From Rickettsiales bacterium (GTDB lineage Bacteria; Pseudomonadota; Alphaproteobacteria; Rickettsiales; JABSSG01), in assembly GCA_020049805.1 (NCBI GenBank), contig JAGVLN010000029.1, forward strand, positions 6,407-70,406: DNA of 64,000 bases. Reading direction: 5' to 3'. Made by a program: the position numbers and the translations under genes. Shown piece after piece: positions 29,245-39,796 of this stretch (within the stretch, counting starts at the first letter, position 1; each line of letters starts with the position of its first letter). Below the pieces are notes generated by a model. That model had not been told where the DNA came from. It worked only from the letters and a program-made list of their open reading frames with translations, and did not search any database.

Positions 29245-31383
29245 ATGATTTTAAAAAAAGTAGTTTTTGTATTACTATTAATCTTTCATTTAGTCAGTAT
29301 ATCTGCTTTTGCTGTTATAGAAGAAACAGAAAAGACTTCGACGATGATAGAGGCTGATTCCATTGAATATTCTACTAATAAAGAAATAGTAACAGCTAAA
29401 GGCAATGTCGAAATTTTTAAAAATGATTTCCTTTTGAAAGCAGATCAAGTTGTTTATGATAAGCTTAATCAAAAGGTGACAGCAAGTGGTAATGTTTATA
29501 TCCTTGACCCTAATGGCAATGAAACCCGTGCTGAGAGTTTAGAAATATATCGTGAATTAAAAGAGGCAATCATTGAGCATTTTAATATCAGGATGGCTGA
29601 TAACTCTTTATTTACAGCAGGTGAAGGAAAATATTTTTATCCTAATCGTGCGCAGTTAAAACATGCTGTCTATTCACCATGCCCTATTTGTGAAGGAAAT
29701 AAATACCCACAATGGCAACTTGCAGCTAAAAACATGACTATTGATAATGAAGCTGAGCAGGTGCGTTACAAAAGTGGATTTTTCGAAATATTTGGTAGAC
29801 CAATAATCTACACACCATTCTTTTCGCATCCAACGCCTCATGCTAAACCTAAAAGTGGTTTTCTTATGCCTAAATATCGTTATACAACGGTATATGGTCA
29901 AGGGATTTCTATACCATATTATTGGCGAATAGCTGATAATCGAGATTTAAAATTTGCACCAATTTTTACTTCACGTCAGGGTATTATATATACTGGTGAA
30001 TATAACCATTTAACAGAGTCTAGCTTCTATACAGTTGCTGGTAGCTATAATAAAGCCAAAATTAAAAGCTCAGTAGAACCTTCTAACAGATATTATGGTA
30101 ATATCAAAGGATATACCCAAATTAATGACCAATGGCGTTTTAATAGCGATATCCAAGGTACAGGAGATAAATCATATTTACGTAATTATTTTGGTGATAA
30201 TCATAACTACTTAACTTCACAAGCTGAACTTACTTACAACCAGCATCGCGATTATGGGGTTATTAATTCATTATATTTCCAAGAATTACGTCCTATAGAT
30301 CAAAGTACTGTTCCAATGATATTGCCGGTGGCAGATTATCATAAAGAGTTCGAAGGAGAAAATAACAATAGATATACTTTGGATAATAATGTTCTATTGC
30401 TTATGCGCAAGCAAGGTTCAGGAACTCGAAGGTTATCTGTCACTGGCACTTGGTCTAAAACCTATTTTACAAATAATGGTCAGCAAATAGGAGTTTATAG
30501 ACGTATAAGAGGAGACGCTTATAACTTTGTTCATAAAGGTAGCGCTGTGCCTCAAGTAGACCAAAACAATAATGGTCCTAATAACGTCGGTAGATTAATA
30601 CCTGAAGCAGAAATAAAATGGAGTTATCCTTTTATTAATACTGATTCTGGTAGAGATATATTTCTTGAACCAATTGCTAATTTAATTGCAAGTCCTTATA
30701 TGCCTACTGTAAGCGATGTTATTGACGAAGATAGCCAAGAAGTAGAAATTAGTGATGATAATTTATTTTCTGCAAATCGTTATGCTGGTTATGATCGTGT
30801 TGAAAACGGTATTAGAAGCTCTTATGGCCTTAATGGATATTATCATACATCGAATAATGTAGTATATAATTTTCTTATAGGTCAGAGTTATAGGATACGC
30901 AAAGATCTTGAATATCAGGTTGATAGCGGGCTACAAAATAATTTTTCTGATATAGTAGGTAGATTACTAACTAAGCCTTGGCAACCTTTAGAAATATCGT
31001 ATCGTTTTCGTTATGATCCTAGGAGTAAAATATTAAGGAGGAACGAGGTTAGAACTGATCTAGTTTTCCAGAAAATTAGATTTACAGTTGGTTTTGTAGC
31101 TTATAACTTCATTGCTCCCTTGCAACCTCAACAAGTAACTAAATCTGTAGATTTAGGAACGGCCTTTAATATTACTCCCGAATGGATAATAAGTGCTAAT
31201 ATAAAACAAAATTATTCTCCTGCTAAAAAATTCCTTGTATCTTCTGGAGGAAGTATAGGTTATAATGGAAGCTGCGCAAATTTATTATTTACTCTAAATA
31301 AGGATTATACGCATGCTGCGATTAGAAATTTTAAACAGGATACAAGCTTTGCTATTGAACTTCATTTAAAAAATATTAGTTAG
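29245..31383 (+). CDS. lptD: LPS assembly outer-membrane protein LptD
   Basis: Signal peptide, OstA-like N-terminal domain (ADSIEY..A.GNV), large beta-barrel C-terminus. It is followed by surA-like and rsmA genes, the canonical synteny. Confidence 0.9.
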   Translation: MILKKVVFVLLLIFHLVSISAFAVIEETEKTSTMIEADSIEYSTNKEIVTAKGNVEIFKNDFLLKADQVVYDKLNQKVTASGNVYILDPNGNETRAESLEIYRELKEAIIEHFNIRMADNSLFTAGEGKYFYPNRAQLKHAVYSPCPICEGNKYPQWQLAAKNMTIDNEAEQVRYKSGFFEIFGRPIIYTPFFSHPTPHAKPKSGFLMPKYRYTTVYGQGISIPYYWRIADNRDLKFAPIFTSRQGIIYTGEYNHLTESSFYTVAGSYNKAKIKSSVEPSNRYYGNIKGYTQINDQWRFNSDIQGTGDKSYLRNYFGDNHNYLTSQAELTYNQHRDYGVINSLYFQELRPIDQSTVPMILPVADYHKEFEGENNNRYTLDNNVLLLMRKQGSGTRRLSVTGTWSKTYFTNNGQQIGVYRRIRGDAYNFVHKGSAVPQVDQNNNGPNNVGRLIPEAEIKWSYPFINTDSGRDIFLEPIANLIASPYMPTVSDVIDEDSQEVEISDDNLFSANRYAGYDRVENGIRSSYGLNGYYHTSNNVVYNFLIGQSYRIRKDLEYQVDSGLQNNFSDIVGRLLTKPWQPLEISYRFRYDPRSKILRRNEVRTDLVFQKIRFTVGFVAYNFIAPLQPQQVTKSVDLGTAFNITPEWIISANIKQNYSPAKKFLVSSGGSIGYNGSCANLLFTLNKDYTHAAIRNFKQDTSFAIELHLKNIS

Positions 31384-31389
31384 TTGATT

Positions 31390-32277
31390 ATGATAAAAAA
31401 AATAACATATTTCCTTATTATTACTTTATTCTCTTTTCTCTCATTGGCTGAATCAGGAACCCAAATATTAGCGGTAGTAGGAGATGATGTCATTACTTAT
31501 AATGATGTCCAGACTAGATATAAAGTAATTGTTGCTACTAATAACTTGCAAGTTAATAACGAACAAGAAGCGCAAATGTTATCAAGGCAAGTATTACAAT
31601 CTCTAATTAACGAGAAAATTTTCTTACAAGAATCAAAAAAACTTAAAATTAAAGTTAGTGAAGATGAAATCAGTAATATAATTATTGAAATAGAAAAACA
31701 GAATAATATACCTAAAGGCCATTTTGAGGATTTTCTGAAATCAAAAAATATTTCTAAAGCAGATGCTATAGCGCAAATAACTAATAGTATTACTTGGGAA
31801 AAAATTATGGATCAAATTATTTCTCCTCAGGTCCAAGTATCTCTAACTGAATTAAATGAATATATTGAAAATCAGTATCCTCAAAATTTCCAAGTAGAAT
31901 TTGATTTATATACTGCTCCTAATGATAAACAGTCAGGCTTAAAAAATGTGTATGACAAGGTTAAGGCTTGTAATATTAGTGATAAATTAAAATTACCGGA
32001 AGAAGTTAAATATGCTCATGTTAAAAATAAGGTTAAAGATTTGCCACAAAATTTGAAAAACAAAATTCAAGGTATAAATATTGGCCAAAAAACAGAGATT
32101 TTTTCTGAGAAACAAGTTGCAGAGTTTTTTATTCTTTGTGAGAAAAAACCTAGCTTAACAGAAGAAGAAATCAGTAAAATTAAAGCATCGCTTCTTGATA
32201 AAAAAATGTCATTACAAGCAGATTATTATATGAAAAACCTTAGTAAAAAGACATTTGTTGAAATTTATGATAAGTAG
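31390..32277 (+). CDS. SurA-like periplasmic chaperone (SurA N-domain, degenerate parvulin region)
   Basis: Signal peptide and the SurA_N-like block ILAVVGDDVITYNDV..LINEKIFLQESKKLKI. Synteny between lptD and rsmA supports the call. Confidence 0.7.
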   Translation: MIKKITYFLIITLFSFLSLAESGTQILAVVGDDVITYNDVQTRYKVIVATNNLQVNNEQEAQMLSRQVLQSLINEKIFLQESKKLKIKVSEDEISNIIIEIEKQNNIPKGHFEDFLKSKNISKADAIAQITNSITWEKIMDQIISPQVQVSLTELNEYIENQYPQNFQVEFDLYTAPNDKQSGLKNVYDKVKACNISDKLKLPEEVKYAHVKNKVKDLPQNLKNKIQGINIGQKTEIFSEKQVAEFFILCEKKPSLTEEEISKIKASLLDKKMSLQADYYMKNLSKKTFVEIYDK

Positions 32278-32285
32278 CAATTAAA

Positions 32286-33119
32286 GTGTTACCTAAAATA
32301 TCAGATCTCTTAAAGCAACATCAGCTTTATCCTTCCAAGAAACTGGGCCAAAATTTTCTATTAGATAGCAATATTACTGATAAAATTGTCCGTTATATAC
32401 CCAATATAAAAGACGCAGTCATTTTAGAGATAGGTTCTGGTCCAGGAGCATTAACTAGATCGCTATTAGCTAGCCCAGCAAAATTAGTTTACGCCTTAGA
32501 ATTTGATCCTAAAATGATAATGCTGTTAAATATGTTAAAAGACATACATCCTAATAAATTAAAAATTATAGAAGGAGATGCATTATATTTTTCTGAAGAA
32601 GATCTTGCTTCTAATCAGAAAATAACTTTAGTAGGGAATTTGCCCTATAATATTTCTGTTCCTTTATTATTCAAATGGTTAGATAAGTTAAATTTATTTA
32701 ATAGCTTTACCCTAATGTTTCAGAAGGAAGTAGCCGATAGAATTACAGCAAGCCCCAATAATAAAAATTATGGGAATTTATCAGTTCTAACCCAGTTTAG
32801 TTGCAAAGTGTTTCATAATTTCGATATTAACCCGGCAGCTTTCTACCCGCCTCCTAAAATAACTTCTTCAGTTATTACTATAATACCGAAGGATCAATCA
32901 GAATATCCAAGTGAATTATTGCCAATTGTAAAAAAAATTTGTCACGCAGCTTTTAATCAAAGAAGAAAAACTATAAGAAACAGTTTAAGTAAAATATGTT
33001 TTTATACTAAATTATTATTAGATAATGCCGAAATTGACGGTAACCTCAGGGCAGAAAATTTATCTGTGGAGCAATTTATTCGTTTAGCTCAAGAATATAT
33101 TAAACTTCAATTAGATTGA
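32286..33119 (+). CDS. rsmA: 16S rRNA (adenine1518/1519-N6)-dimethyltransferase
   Basis: KKLGQNFL, EIGSGPGALT and GNLPYNIS motifs; GTG start. Confidence 0.95.
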   Translation: MLPKISDLLKQHQLYPSKKLGQNFLLDSNITDKIVRYIPNIKDAVILEIGSGPGALTRSLLASPAKLVYALEFDPKMIMLLNMLKDIHPNKLKIIEGDALYFSEEDLASNQKITLVGNLPYNISVPLLFKWLDKLNLFNSFTLMFQKEVADRITASPNNKNYGNLSVLTQFSCKVFHNFDINPAAFYPPPKITSSVITIIPKDQSEYPSELLPIVKKICHAAFNQRRKTIRNSLSKICFYTKLLLDNAEIDGNLRAENLSVEQFIRLAQEYIKLQLD

Positions 33120-34039
33120 TTAAAGCATCTTATCATATTATTCGTAATGGATTCAAGTAGGTCTAAATAAATATTTTTATCAGTATTAACGTTACCATAT
33201 TCTCCATCAATTATTCCTACTTTAATATGAGTGGCATTAGCAATTTTTTGAATAACATTAGGTGCAAATTGGGGCTCAGCAAATATACACTTGGCATTAT
33301 TTTTATTTATAATAGTTTGCAGTTGTTGCATAGTTTTAATCCCAGGCGTGATGTTATGATTGATAATAACTACTCCCACATCCTTTAAATGGTAGTGATG
33401 ACTAAAATATTGATAAGCATCATGAAAAACTATGAAAGGTTGATTATTAGTAGCAAACTTAACTTTTAACTGCTGATCTACTATTCTTAATTGTTGGATA
33501 TAATTTTTAGCATTTTCATAATAAAATTTACGATTTTCAGGATCTAAACTACTCAAAACATTAGCGATTTCGTTAATCATAGCTTCAGCATTATTAGGAT
33601 CAAGCCAAAAATGCATATCAAAGCCATCAACTTCATGATGATGCGCCTCATGTTCATGCGTTTTATCCTCCACTAAGTCTAATTCATGTCTATTTTTTAA
33701 AAGAGTAATATTAGGATTGTTACTAAATTTAATAACCTTAGCGGTTACGGAATTTTTATCTAAATAAGTAGCTAACCCGAATTCAAAACTATTATCGATC
33801 ATAAAAATAATATTAGCTGATTTAATTTTTACTACATCAGAAGGCTTAAGATTATAATTATGAGGAGATTGGTTTTGGTCTATTAAAATATTTATTTTGT
33901 TTTTATTACCAGAAACTCCTTCTATCAAACCATAAATTGGTCTAGTAGTGGCAAGTATATTAAGTTCTTTGGCTGAGCTAAATGCTGGGCTTGTTAAATA
34001 AATAAGTAATAAAGATATAATTATTCTATTCTTCATCAT
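33107..34039 (-). CDS. znuA: zinc ABC transporter substrate-binding protein
   Basis: Signal peptide, SBP cluster-9 fold motifs and a His-rich loop (DKTHEHEAHHHEVDGFDMHFW). Confidence 0.85.
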   Translation of the reverse strand: MMKNRIIISLLLIYLTSPAFSSAKELNILATTRPIYGLIEGVSGNKNKINILIDQNQSPHNYNLKPSDVVKIKSANIIFMIDNSFEFGLATYLDKNSVTAKVIKFSNNPNITLLKNRHELDLVEDKTHEHEAHHHEVDGFDMHFWLDPNNAEAMINEIANVLSSLDPENRKFYYENAKNYIQQLRIVDQQLKVKFATNNQPFIVFHDAYQYFSHHYHLKDVGVVIINHNITPGIKTMQQLQTIINKNNAKCIFAEPQFAPNVIQKIANATHIKVGIIDGEYGNVNTDKNIYLDLLESITNNMIRCFNQSN

Positions 34040-35039
34040 AAATAAAGTCTTGAGGATTAATGTATAAGTAGTTTTTAGACCAAATCATTTGATAGGATTC
34101 ATTATCTATGTTGCCACCAGTCAAAATTATTAAAACCCTTTTTCTATCTTTTTGCTGAGATAACCAACGATGGGCGGCAGCTACTGCTAAAGTAGATGTA
34201 GGTTCGCTAGTTACCTTTAACAAGTGAGTAGTCCACATTGTCCAGTAGGCTATTTCTCGCTCAGAAATCTCATATATATCATTTAAAAGGGTTATGTAAT
34301 TGAAAATACGTTCAGTAATACCTAAGGTTCGTGCTCCATCAGCTAATGTCTCAGGCGACTCTTTAAACCTAAAGATCTTTTTAGTGCGAAACGATATGGC
34401 CGCGTCGTTTGCTTGCCTTGGTTCACCTGCAAAAACCTTAGTTTTAGGCGATAGTAATTTTGTAGTTAAATAAGTACCTGATGCGAGTCCGCCACCACCA
34501 CATGGAACAAAGATTGCATCAAAATTTTTATCTTGCTTAAGTACCTCAAAACTTGTTGTACCAGCCCCAGCGATAACGTCATCATAGTCTGATGGTGGGA
34601 GTAATATGCAGTTTTTGCGAGTCGCTTCTTTTAAGGCTAATTCTTCAGCTTCATTTCTAGTTTTAGTTAATATAACATTTGCGCCATAGCTTTGAGCAAT
34701 TTTCTGCTTCATTTTAGCAGTGAAGCTTGGCAAATATAAATTAAGATTAACTCCAAATTTTTTAGCTGCCCAAGCAAGAGCTAAGCCATGATTACCGGTA
34801 CTATATGCAGAGATTTTTTCTGGTAGTTTATTTTGTTCTTTTAAAGATAATAAACTATTTAAAACTCCACGAACTTTGAAAGATCCAGTTTTTTGTAGGC
34901 TTTCTATTTTAAAGATTAACTCATGACCCAAGCATTTATTTAGCACCTCAGAGGTCATTAAAGGAGTTAACCTTGTGTAATTAGCAATTCTATCAGCAGC
35001 AATCGCTACGTTTTCTGGAGGTTGTATTAGTATGCTCAT
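34026..35039 (-). CDS. PLP-dependent threonine/serine dehydratase (short form, no ACT domain)
   Basis: PLP lysine motif TGSFKVRG, tetraglycine loop CGGGGLASG; 337 aa. Confidence 0.8.
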   Translation of the reverse strand: MSILIQPPENVAIAADRIANYTRLTPLMTSEVLNKCLGHELIFKIESLQKTGSFKVRGVLNSLLSLKEQNKLPEKISAYSTGNHGLALAWAAKKFGVNLNLYLPSFTAKMKQKIAQSYGANVILTKTRNEAEELALKEATRKNCILLPPSDYDDVIAGAGTTSFEVLKQDKNFDAIFVPCGGGGLASGTYLTTKLLSPKTKVFAGEPRQANDAAISFRTKKIFRFKESPETLADGARTLGITERIFNYITLLNDIYEISEREIAYWTMWTTHLLKVTSEPTSTLAVAAAHRWLSQQKDRKRVLIILTGGNIDNESYQMIWSKNYLYINPQDFIYDEE

Positions 35040-35099
35040 AAAAATATAATAGTAAAATTACGCCTAAGATCTAACAGTAATAATTTTGTTTGTAAATAG

Positions 35100-36140
35100 C
35101 TAAGCTGCAGCATCTAAATTACGCTTATTTGGTCTTTTAGAAGCGTATTTAGTTTGGGAAACTTGATGATTACTCAGTTTTTTGCCTGTTTTCTTCGCAA
35201 GTTTTAAATTTTTCTTAGCAAGTGCCATAGTATTTTTTTGAGCCTTGGTAGCCTGAGTAATTTTAATTTGTTCTTCTGATGTTTGGAGTTTGGCGAAATG
35301 ATGATTAATCAAATTGATCATTTTAGTATCGCGACTTTTGGCATTAGAGCCACCTAATACTACTCCAATTAATCTTTGTGAACCACGTTTTGCTGCAGTT
35401 ACTAAATTCCATCCAGCTTTAGAAGTATAACCTGTTTTCATCCCTTCCGCGCCTGGTAAATGCTCAGTAACGTAATTGTGCCCTTTATATTTAGTGTTCT
35501 TATATGTAAAACTAGTTTTTGAGAATAAGCCATAATATTCAGGAAAATCTCTATTTAATGCGATTGCTAATTTCGCCATATCATATGCCGTGGTTTTCTG
35601 AGATGGATGATGCCATCCTGAAGCATTCATAAAATGAGTTCCATGCATACCAAGTTGATGAGCTCTAGTAGTCATTATTTTGGCAAAATTAGATTCTGTT
35701 TTGCCAATAGCCTCAGCTAGTACTACTGCTGCATCATTAGCCGATCTTACAATTAAGCTTAATATACATTCTTTAACTGTTATAGTTTTACCTGCTTTTA
35801 AACCAAGATTTGTTCTAGGTCTTGAGGCTGCATATTTTGATATAGGTAATCTAGTATCAAAGGATAGTTTACCTCTATTTATTGCTTCAAAAGTTATATA
35901 AATAGTCATTAGTTTAGTCAGTGAAGCAGGGTGCAGACTTTTATCAGCATTTACTTGATGTAAAACTTTACCACTAGCTGCATGTACTACTAAACTTGCT
36001 TGTTCGGGTCTGTGTTGGTGTAGTCTTAATTTTTTACGAGAAGCAGCGAAAGATTCTGCATTAAAGCTACATAGGCAAAGACAAGCATATACTAACACTA
36101 AAAAAACACTAATATTATTTCTTATATGCATGTTTTGCAT
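35100..36140 (-). CDS. D-alanyl-D-alanine carboxypeptidase (peptidase S11) with Lys-rich C-terminal tail
   Basis: SxxK (ASLTKLMT), SxN (RSANDA), KTG (MKTGYT); signal peptide. Confidence 0.88.
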   Translation of the reverse strand: MQNMHIRNNISVFLVLVYACLCLCSFNAESFAASRKKLRLHQHRPEQASLVVHAASGKVLHQVNADKSLHPASLTKLMTIYITFEAINRGKLSFDTRLPISKYAASRPRTNLGLKAGKTITVKECILSLIVRSANDAAVVLAEAIGKTESNFAKIMTTRAHQLGMHGTHFMNASGWHHPSQKTTAYDMAKLAIALNRDFPEYYGLFSKTSFTYKNTKYKGHNYVTEHLPGAEGMKTGYTSKAGWNLVTAAKRGSQRLIGVVLGGSNAKSRDTKMINLINHHFAKLQTSEEQIKITQATKAQKNTMALAKKNLKLAKKTGKKLSNHQVSQTKYASKRPNKRNLDAAA

Positions 36141-36241
36141 ATTGTTGTCTCTTCCGTATAACCTAGGTTTTATAATTTTAACCCTACCTATATCTTTAAT
36201 AATAATATTATGTCAACAATTAATAAAGCAGATAATTCAGT

Positions 36242-37411
36242 TTAATAAATTATTTGAGTCATTTCCTGTTGTTGTGGCGAGGTAAAATTCCAGTTAGAGA
36301 AGAAATATTTTAGCCAGGCAATAATTCTTTCAAAGAAAGATAATTTTTCTATATCTTGGTTGGTATATAACTGGAACGCTTTATTTTCCTCGTTTATCTG
36401 TACATTTAAGGTACCCAAAGTTTGTTCAGATGAGATAGGTGCATATACAGGCGATAAATAGGTTGCTACGGCTTTAATTGATTTTTTCTGATCAACTGGC
36501 ACTGTGACAATTATATCTTGTTTGGCAACTAGTTTTACTTTATCAGCATTTCCTAGCCAAACATCTGCTGTAACTAATGGGTCGTTAGCTTTGGCGATTG
36601 TAACATTACTAAAATTCATAAAGCCGTAGTTAAGTAGGCTTAATGCCTCTTTTGATCTCTCTGCTTCATTTTTTAAACCATTAACCACTAAAATTAAGCG
36701 GCGGTCGCCTCGCATAGCTGAAATTACAATACCATATCCAGCTTCATCAGCATGGCCAGTTTTTAAGCCATCAACCCCAACATTTTTTGTCAAAAGGGTG
36801 TTGCGATTACCTTGAGTTATATTGTTATAAGTAAATTCGGTTTCAGCAAAATAACTATAATATTCAGGGAAATCATTAATTAAACGTTGAGATAAAATAG
36901 CTAAATCTCGTGGTGACATATAATGTTCAGGATTTGGCCAACCAGTAGCGTTAGCTAGATTAGAATTATTTAGACCAAGTGCTTTAGCTTTATTATTTAA
37001 GCGAACTGCGAATTCCTCTTCTGTGCCTGACATACCTTCAGCAAGCACTACACAAGCATCATTACCAGATTGGACAATGACACCTCTAATTAAATCTTCG
37101 ACAATTACAGGTTCACCAACAGGAACAAACATTTTGGTGCCTTGCATTTGCCATGCATTTTTACTTACCATCATGGTATCAGTTAATTTTAATTCTCCAG
37201 TTTTTAGAGCTTCAAATACTACATAAATGGTCATTAATTTGCTCATTGAAGAGGGGGCCATTTTTTCATCGGCATCCTTAGCAAATAATACCTGGTTAGT
37301 TGTCGCATCAATTAAAAATGCTTGTTTGGCTGTGGTTTCTATAGCTTGAGCTTGAGTGACAAAAAAAGTAGTAATAATTATTACTGCAAATTTTAAGCAA
37401 TATTTTAACAT
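36242..37411 (-). CDS. D-alanyl-D-alanine carboxypeptidase (PBP5/6-like, with C-terminal beta-sandwich domain)
   Basis: SxxK (SMSKLMT), SxN (QSGNDA), KTG (LKTGHA); signal peptide; 389 aa. Confidence 0.9.
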   Translation of the reverse strand: MLKYCLKFAVIIITTFFVTQAQAIETTAKQAFLIDATTNQVLFAKDADEKMAPSSMSKLMTIYVVFEALKTGELKLTDTMMVSKNAWQMQGTKMFVPVGEPVIVEDLIRGVIVQSGNDACVVLAEGMSGTEEEFAVRLNNKAKALGLNNSNLANATGWPNPEHYMSPRDLAILSQRLINDFPEYYSYFAETEFTYNNITQGNRNTLLTKNVGVDGLKTGHADEAGYGIVISAMRGDRRLILVVNGLKNEAERSKEALSLLNYGFMNFSNVTIAKANDPLVTADVWLGNADKVKLVAKQDIIVTVPVDQKKSIKAVATYLSPVYAPISSEQTLGTLNVQINEENKAFQLYTNQDIEKLSFFERIIAWLKYFFSNWNFTSPQQQEMTQIIY

Positions 37412-37414
37412 AAT

Positions 37415-37939
37415 TTATCCAATTTGAGGTGTTTTAACGAATTTGCTATTACTAATAGCCAATTTTTTATGTAAGTCTGCAGTGGCATGCGGCAAAAGCT
37501 CTACTTTCACTTTTGCTACTCCTTGTTGCTTCATACCTAATATTTCCGCGGCTTTTTCAGAAACATCAATAATTCTATGTTCTTTATTTTTGTTAAACGG
37601 GCCACGATCATTAACTACCACAATAACTGATTTTTGATTTTTTAAGTTAGTTACTTTAACCACACTTGGTAATGGCAATGTATGATGAGCAGCGGTTAAA
37701 CCTCGTCGATTAAAAGTTTCGCCGTTAGCTGTTTTTTTACCATGGAATTTTGGCCCATACCAGGAAGCGAGTCCCTCTTTTTTATAATAGGTAACTTCTT
37801 GAGGGTGATAAATTTTTTTATTAATTACATAAGATTTGCCAACTTTATAATGACCTTTATATTTAGAATCAAAAGGGCTACAGCCAGCAATAATCAGAAG
37901 TATTAAAACGTAACATAGTCTGAATAAGTGTTTTTTCAC
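37415..37939 (-). CDS. rlpA: septal ring lytic transglycosylase RlpA (lipoprotein, DPBB domain)
   Basis: Lipobox LIIAGCS and DPBB block [45 protein letters not shown]. Confidence 0.9.
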   Translation of the reverse strand: MKKHLFRLCYVLILLIIAGCSPFDSKYKGHYKVGKSYVINKKIYHPQEVTYYKKEGLASWYGPKFHGKKTANGETFNRRGLTAAHHTLPLPSVVKVTNLKNQKSVIVVVNDRGPFNKNKEHRIIDVSEKAAEILGMKQQGVAKVKVELLPHATADLHKKLAISNSKFVKTPQIG

Positions 37940-38234
37940 TATAAACCTCTTAGGTTAGCCGTTTGTTTATATTTTATAATACAAAACGAGAAATATACCA
38001 AAAAATACCTCTTTATACAACCCATAATTTGTTTTATTACAATAAAAATACGACAATTTTGCCATATTCTATAGGGTTATCCAGGGCTTGGTAGTATTGG
38101 GGTTGATTTTAGCTATTAAATTGGTTGTAACCTTCCCTTATACAGTATTTTGGCTGTATTTATTGGCAAGGTTTTTATTTTTTATATTTTTTACATCATT
38201 TTTGCTCCTTAAGTTAGATTTAGGTGGATTATTT

Positions 38235-38260
38235 CACTGCAAGAGCTCTTCGCAATGACG
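38235..38260. repeat. partial copy (one arm) of a short palindromic MITE-like element
   Basis: cactgcaagagctcttcgcaatgacg shares the ..ctcgcaatgacg terminus with the copies at 38655-38691 and 38782-38819. Confidence 0.6.
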
Positions 38261-38261
38261 A

Positions 38262-38621
38262 TCAATAAGTAAAATCAAGCTTTCCAGCTTTATGCATCTG
38301 TCTAATAAATTCCAATATTACTTCTTTATCTGAAACTGTAGGCCCTTCTTCAGCTGGTTCCCATTGTTTGTCCAGGAAGAAAGTCATTTTGACTATTTTG
38401 TGCAAAATGGCGGTTAAGCTCATCAGAAATGCAACCATCTTCGAGGTTTTGCTAGTAATAGTTTCGATGTTAGTTTCAGCCTGCCGACTTTCTTTAATGA
38501 ATGGAGCTAGCATCTTTTCTTTAAATAAACTCATCAATTCATCGATTGATGTTTGGATTTTGTTGAGGCTATAGGCGGTTTTTTCAAAATTAATTAATTC
38601 TTCTTTTATTTTTTTGGACAT
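38262..38621 (-). CDS. hypothetical 119-aa protein
   Basis: ORF only, with no recognisable motif. It is flanked on both sides by the palindromic repeats. Confidence 0.4.
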   Translation of the reverse strand: MSKKIKEELINFEKTAYSLNKIQTSIDELMSLFKEKMLAPFIKESRQAETNIETITSKTSKMVAFLMSLTAILHKIVKMTFFLDKQWEPAEEGPTVSDKEVILEFIRQMHKAGKLDFTY

Positions 38622-38654
38622 AATGGCTCCTAAAGTTAAGGTTAATTATTATAT

Positions 38655-38738
38655 GGATTGCTTCGTCGGCTAACGCCTCCTCGCAATGACGTTTTTATCG
38701 CTCGTCATCGCGAGGGAGCAAAGCGACCGTGGCGATCC
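38655..38738. repeat. complete 84-bp palindromic MITE-like element
   Basis: The left arm ggattgcttcgtcggctaacgcctcctcgcaatgacg and the right arm cgtcatcgcgagggagcaaagcgaccgtggcgatcc are imperfect reverse complements around an 11-nt loop. The element is GC-rich relative to its surroundings. Confidence 0.75.
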
Positions 38739-38781
38739 ATTTAGATCTTAGATACAAATCCTAAAAAGATTGCTAAAGATA

Positions 38782-38819
38782 GATTGCTTCGTTGTGCAAG
38801 GGCACTCCTCGCAATGACG
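38782..38819. repeat. solo left arm of the same palindromic element
   Basis: gattgcttcgttgtgcaagggcactcctcgcaatgacg aligns with 38656-38691. Confidence 0.7.
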
Positions 38820-38956
38820 GACTTAATGACAGATGTAAATGAGCATTATTATAATAACACACAAATATTTAACTATGTAAGTGGGTAAGAACAAAATTAT
38901 TATTTTTAAAATTATCCTCTTTATGTTAAAAAGAAAAAATTAAATTATGAACATAT

Positions 38957-39715
38957 ATGCACAAGCTCTTACTCATCATAACAATCATCCTTAACTTTAC
39001 ACTTCAGGTTGGTAATGCTTCTGAAAATATAATTGAAGCTCGATCATCAAATTTATTTGATAAAGAACGTCAAAGGCAAATACCAATTGAAACTTATGTA
39101 AGCAAAGAATTAGAAGCTAAAGCCAAAGCTGGTATTACAAAATTGCCTATAGCTATTATTAACCACGGTTACACAATAAAAAACACTGAATATTCTTTTA
39201 TTGCTGAATCATTAGCAGCTCAAGGTTATTTCGTAATTAGTATCCAACATGATTTACCATCTGATTCGCCTCTCCCTACAATTGGTTCTATATATGAAAG
39301 ACGCAAACCCCTCTGGGAAAGAGGCGTGAAAAATATACTTTTTGTAATTCAACAATATAAAAATACAAAACCATATCTTGATTTTACAAATCTCACTCTT
39401 ATTGGTCATTCAAATGGTGGGGATATATCAATATTGTTTGCTACACTCGAATCAAATATAGCAAAGAAAGTTATATCCTTAGATAGCCGTCGTATGCCTT
39501 TTCCAAAAACATCTAACACTAAGATTTTATCACTACGCTCAAATGATCAGACCGCTGATGAAGGTGTGTTGCCGACTAAAGAAGAGCAGAAAAAATTTGG
39601 AATTAAAATTATAAAACTTAATATAAAACATGATGATTTTTGTGATCGTGGACCAAGTTTACTCTTGGAAAAAATTAATGTTATTATATCTAAATTTTTA
39701 AAAGATGATTTATAA
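38957..39715 (+). CDS. secreted alpha/beta-hydrolase (serine esterase/lipase-like)
   Basis: Signal peptide, oxyanion-type INHGY block and nucleophile elbow GHSNGG. Confidence 0.65.
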   Translation: MHKLLLIITIILNFTLQVGNASENIIEARSSNLFDKERQRQIPIETYVSKELEAKAKAGITKLPIAIINHGYTIKNTEYSFIAESLAAQGYFVISIQHDLPSDSPLPTIGSIYERRKPLWERGVKNILFVIQQYKNTKPYLDFTNLTLIGHSNGGDISILFATLESNIAKKVISLDSRRMPFPKTSNTKILSLRSNDQTADEGVLPTKEEQKKFGIKIIKLNIKHDDFCDRGPSLLLEKINVIISKFLKDDL

Positions 39716-39796
39716 TTTCTTTCTATTACATCTTGTCTTGGAAAATTTTTCTGATTAGTGCTAAAATAAAATTTTTATTACAAAGAGGGGTAGGAC

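Noticed and set aside
29290-29901. Two minus ORFs (29290-29472, 29674-29901)
   Set aside because: They are antisense inside lptD.
35680-37637. + strand ORFs 35680-35901, 37023-37226 and 37443-37637
   Set aside because: They are antisense inside the two DD-carboxypeptidase genes and rlpA.
38368-38574. 68-aa + ORF
   Set aside because: It is antisense to ORF 38262-38621. Neither has motifs, and I kept the longer one at low confidence.
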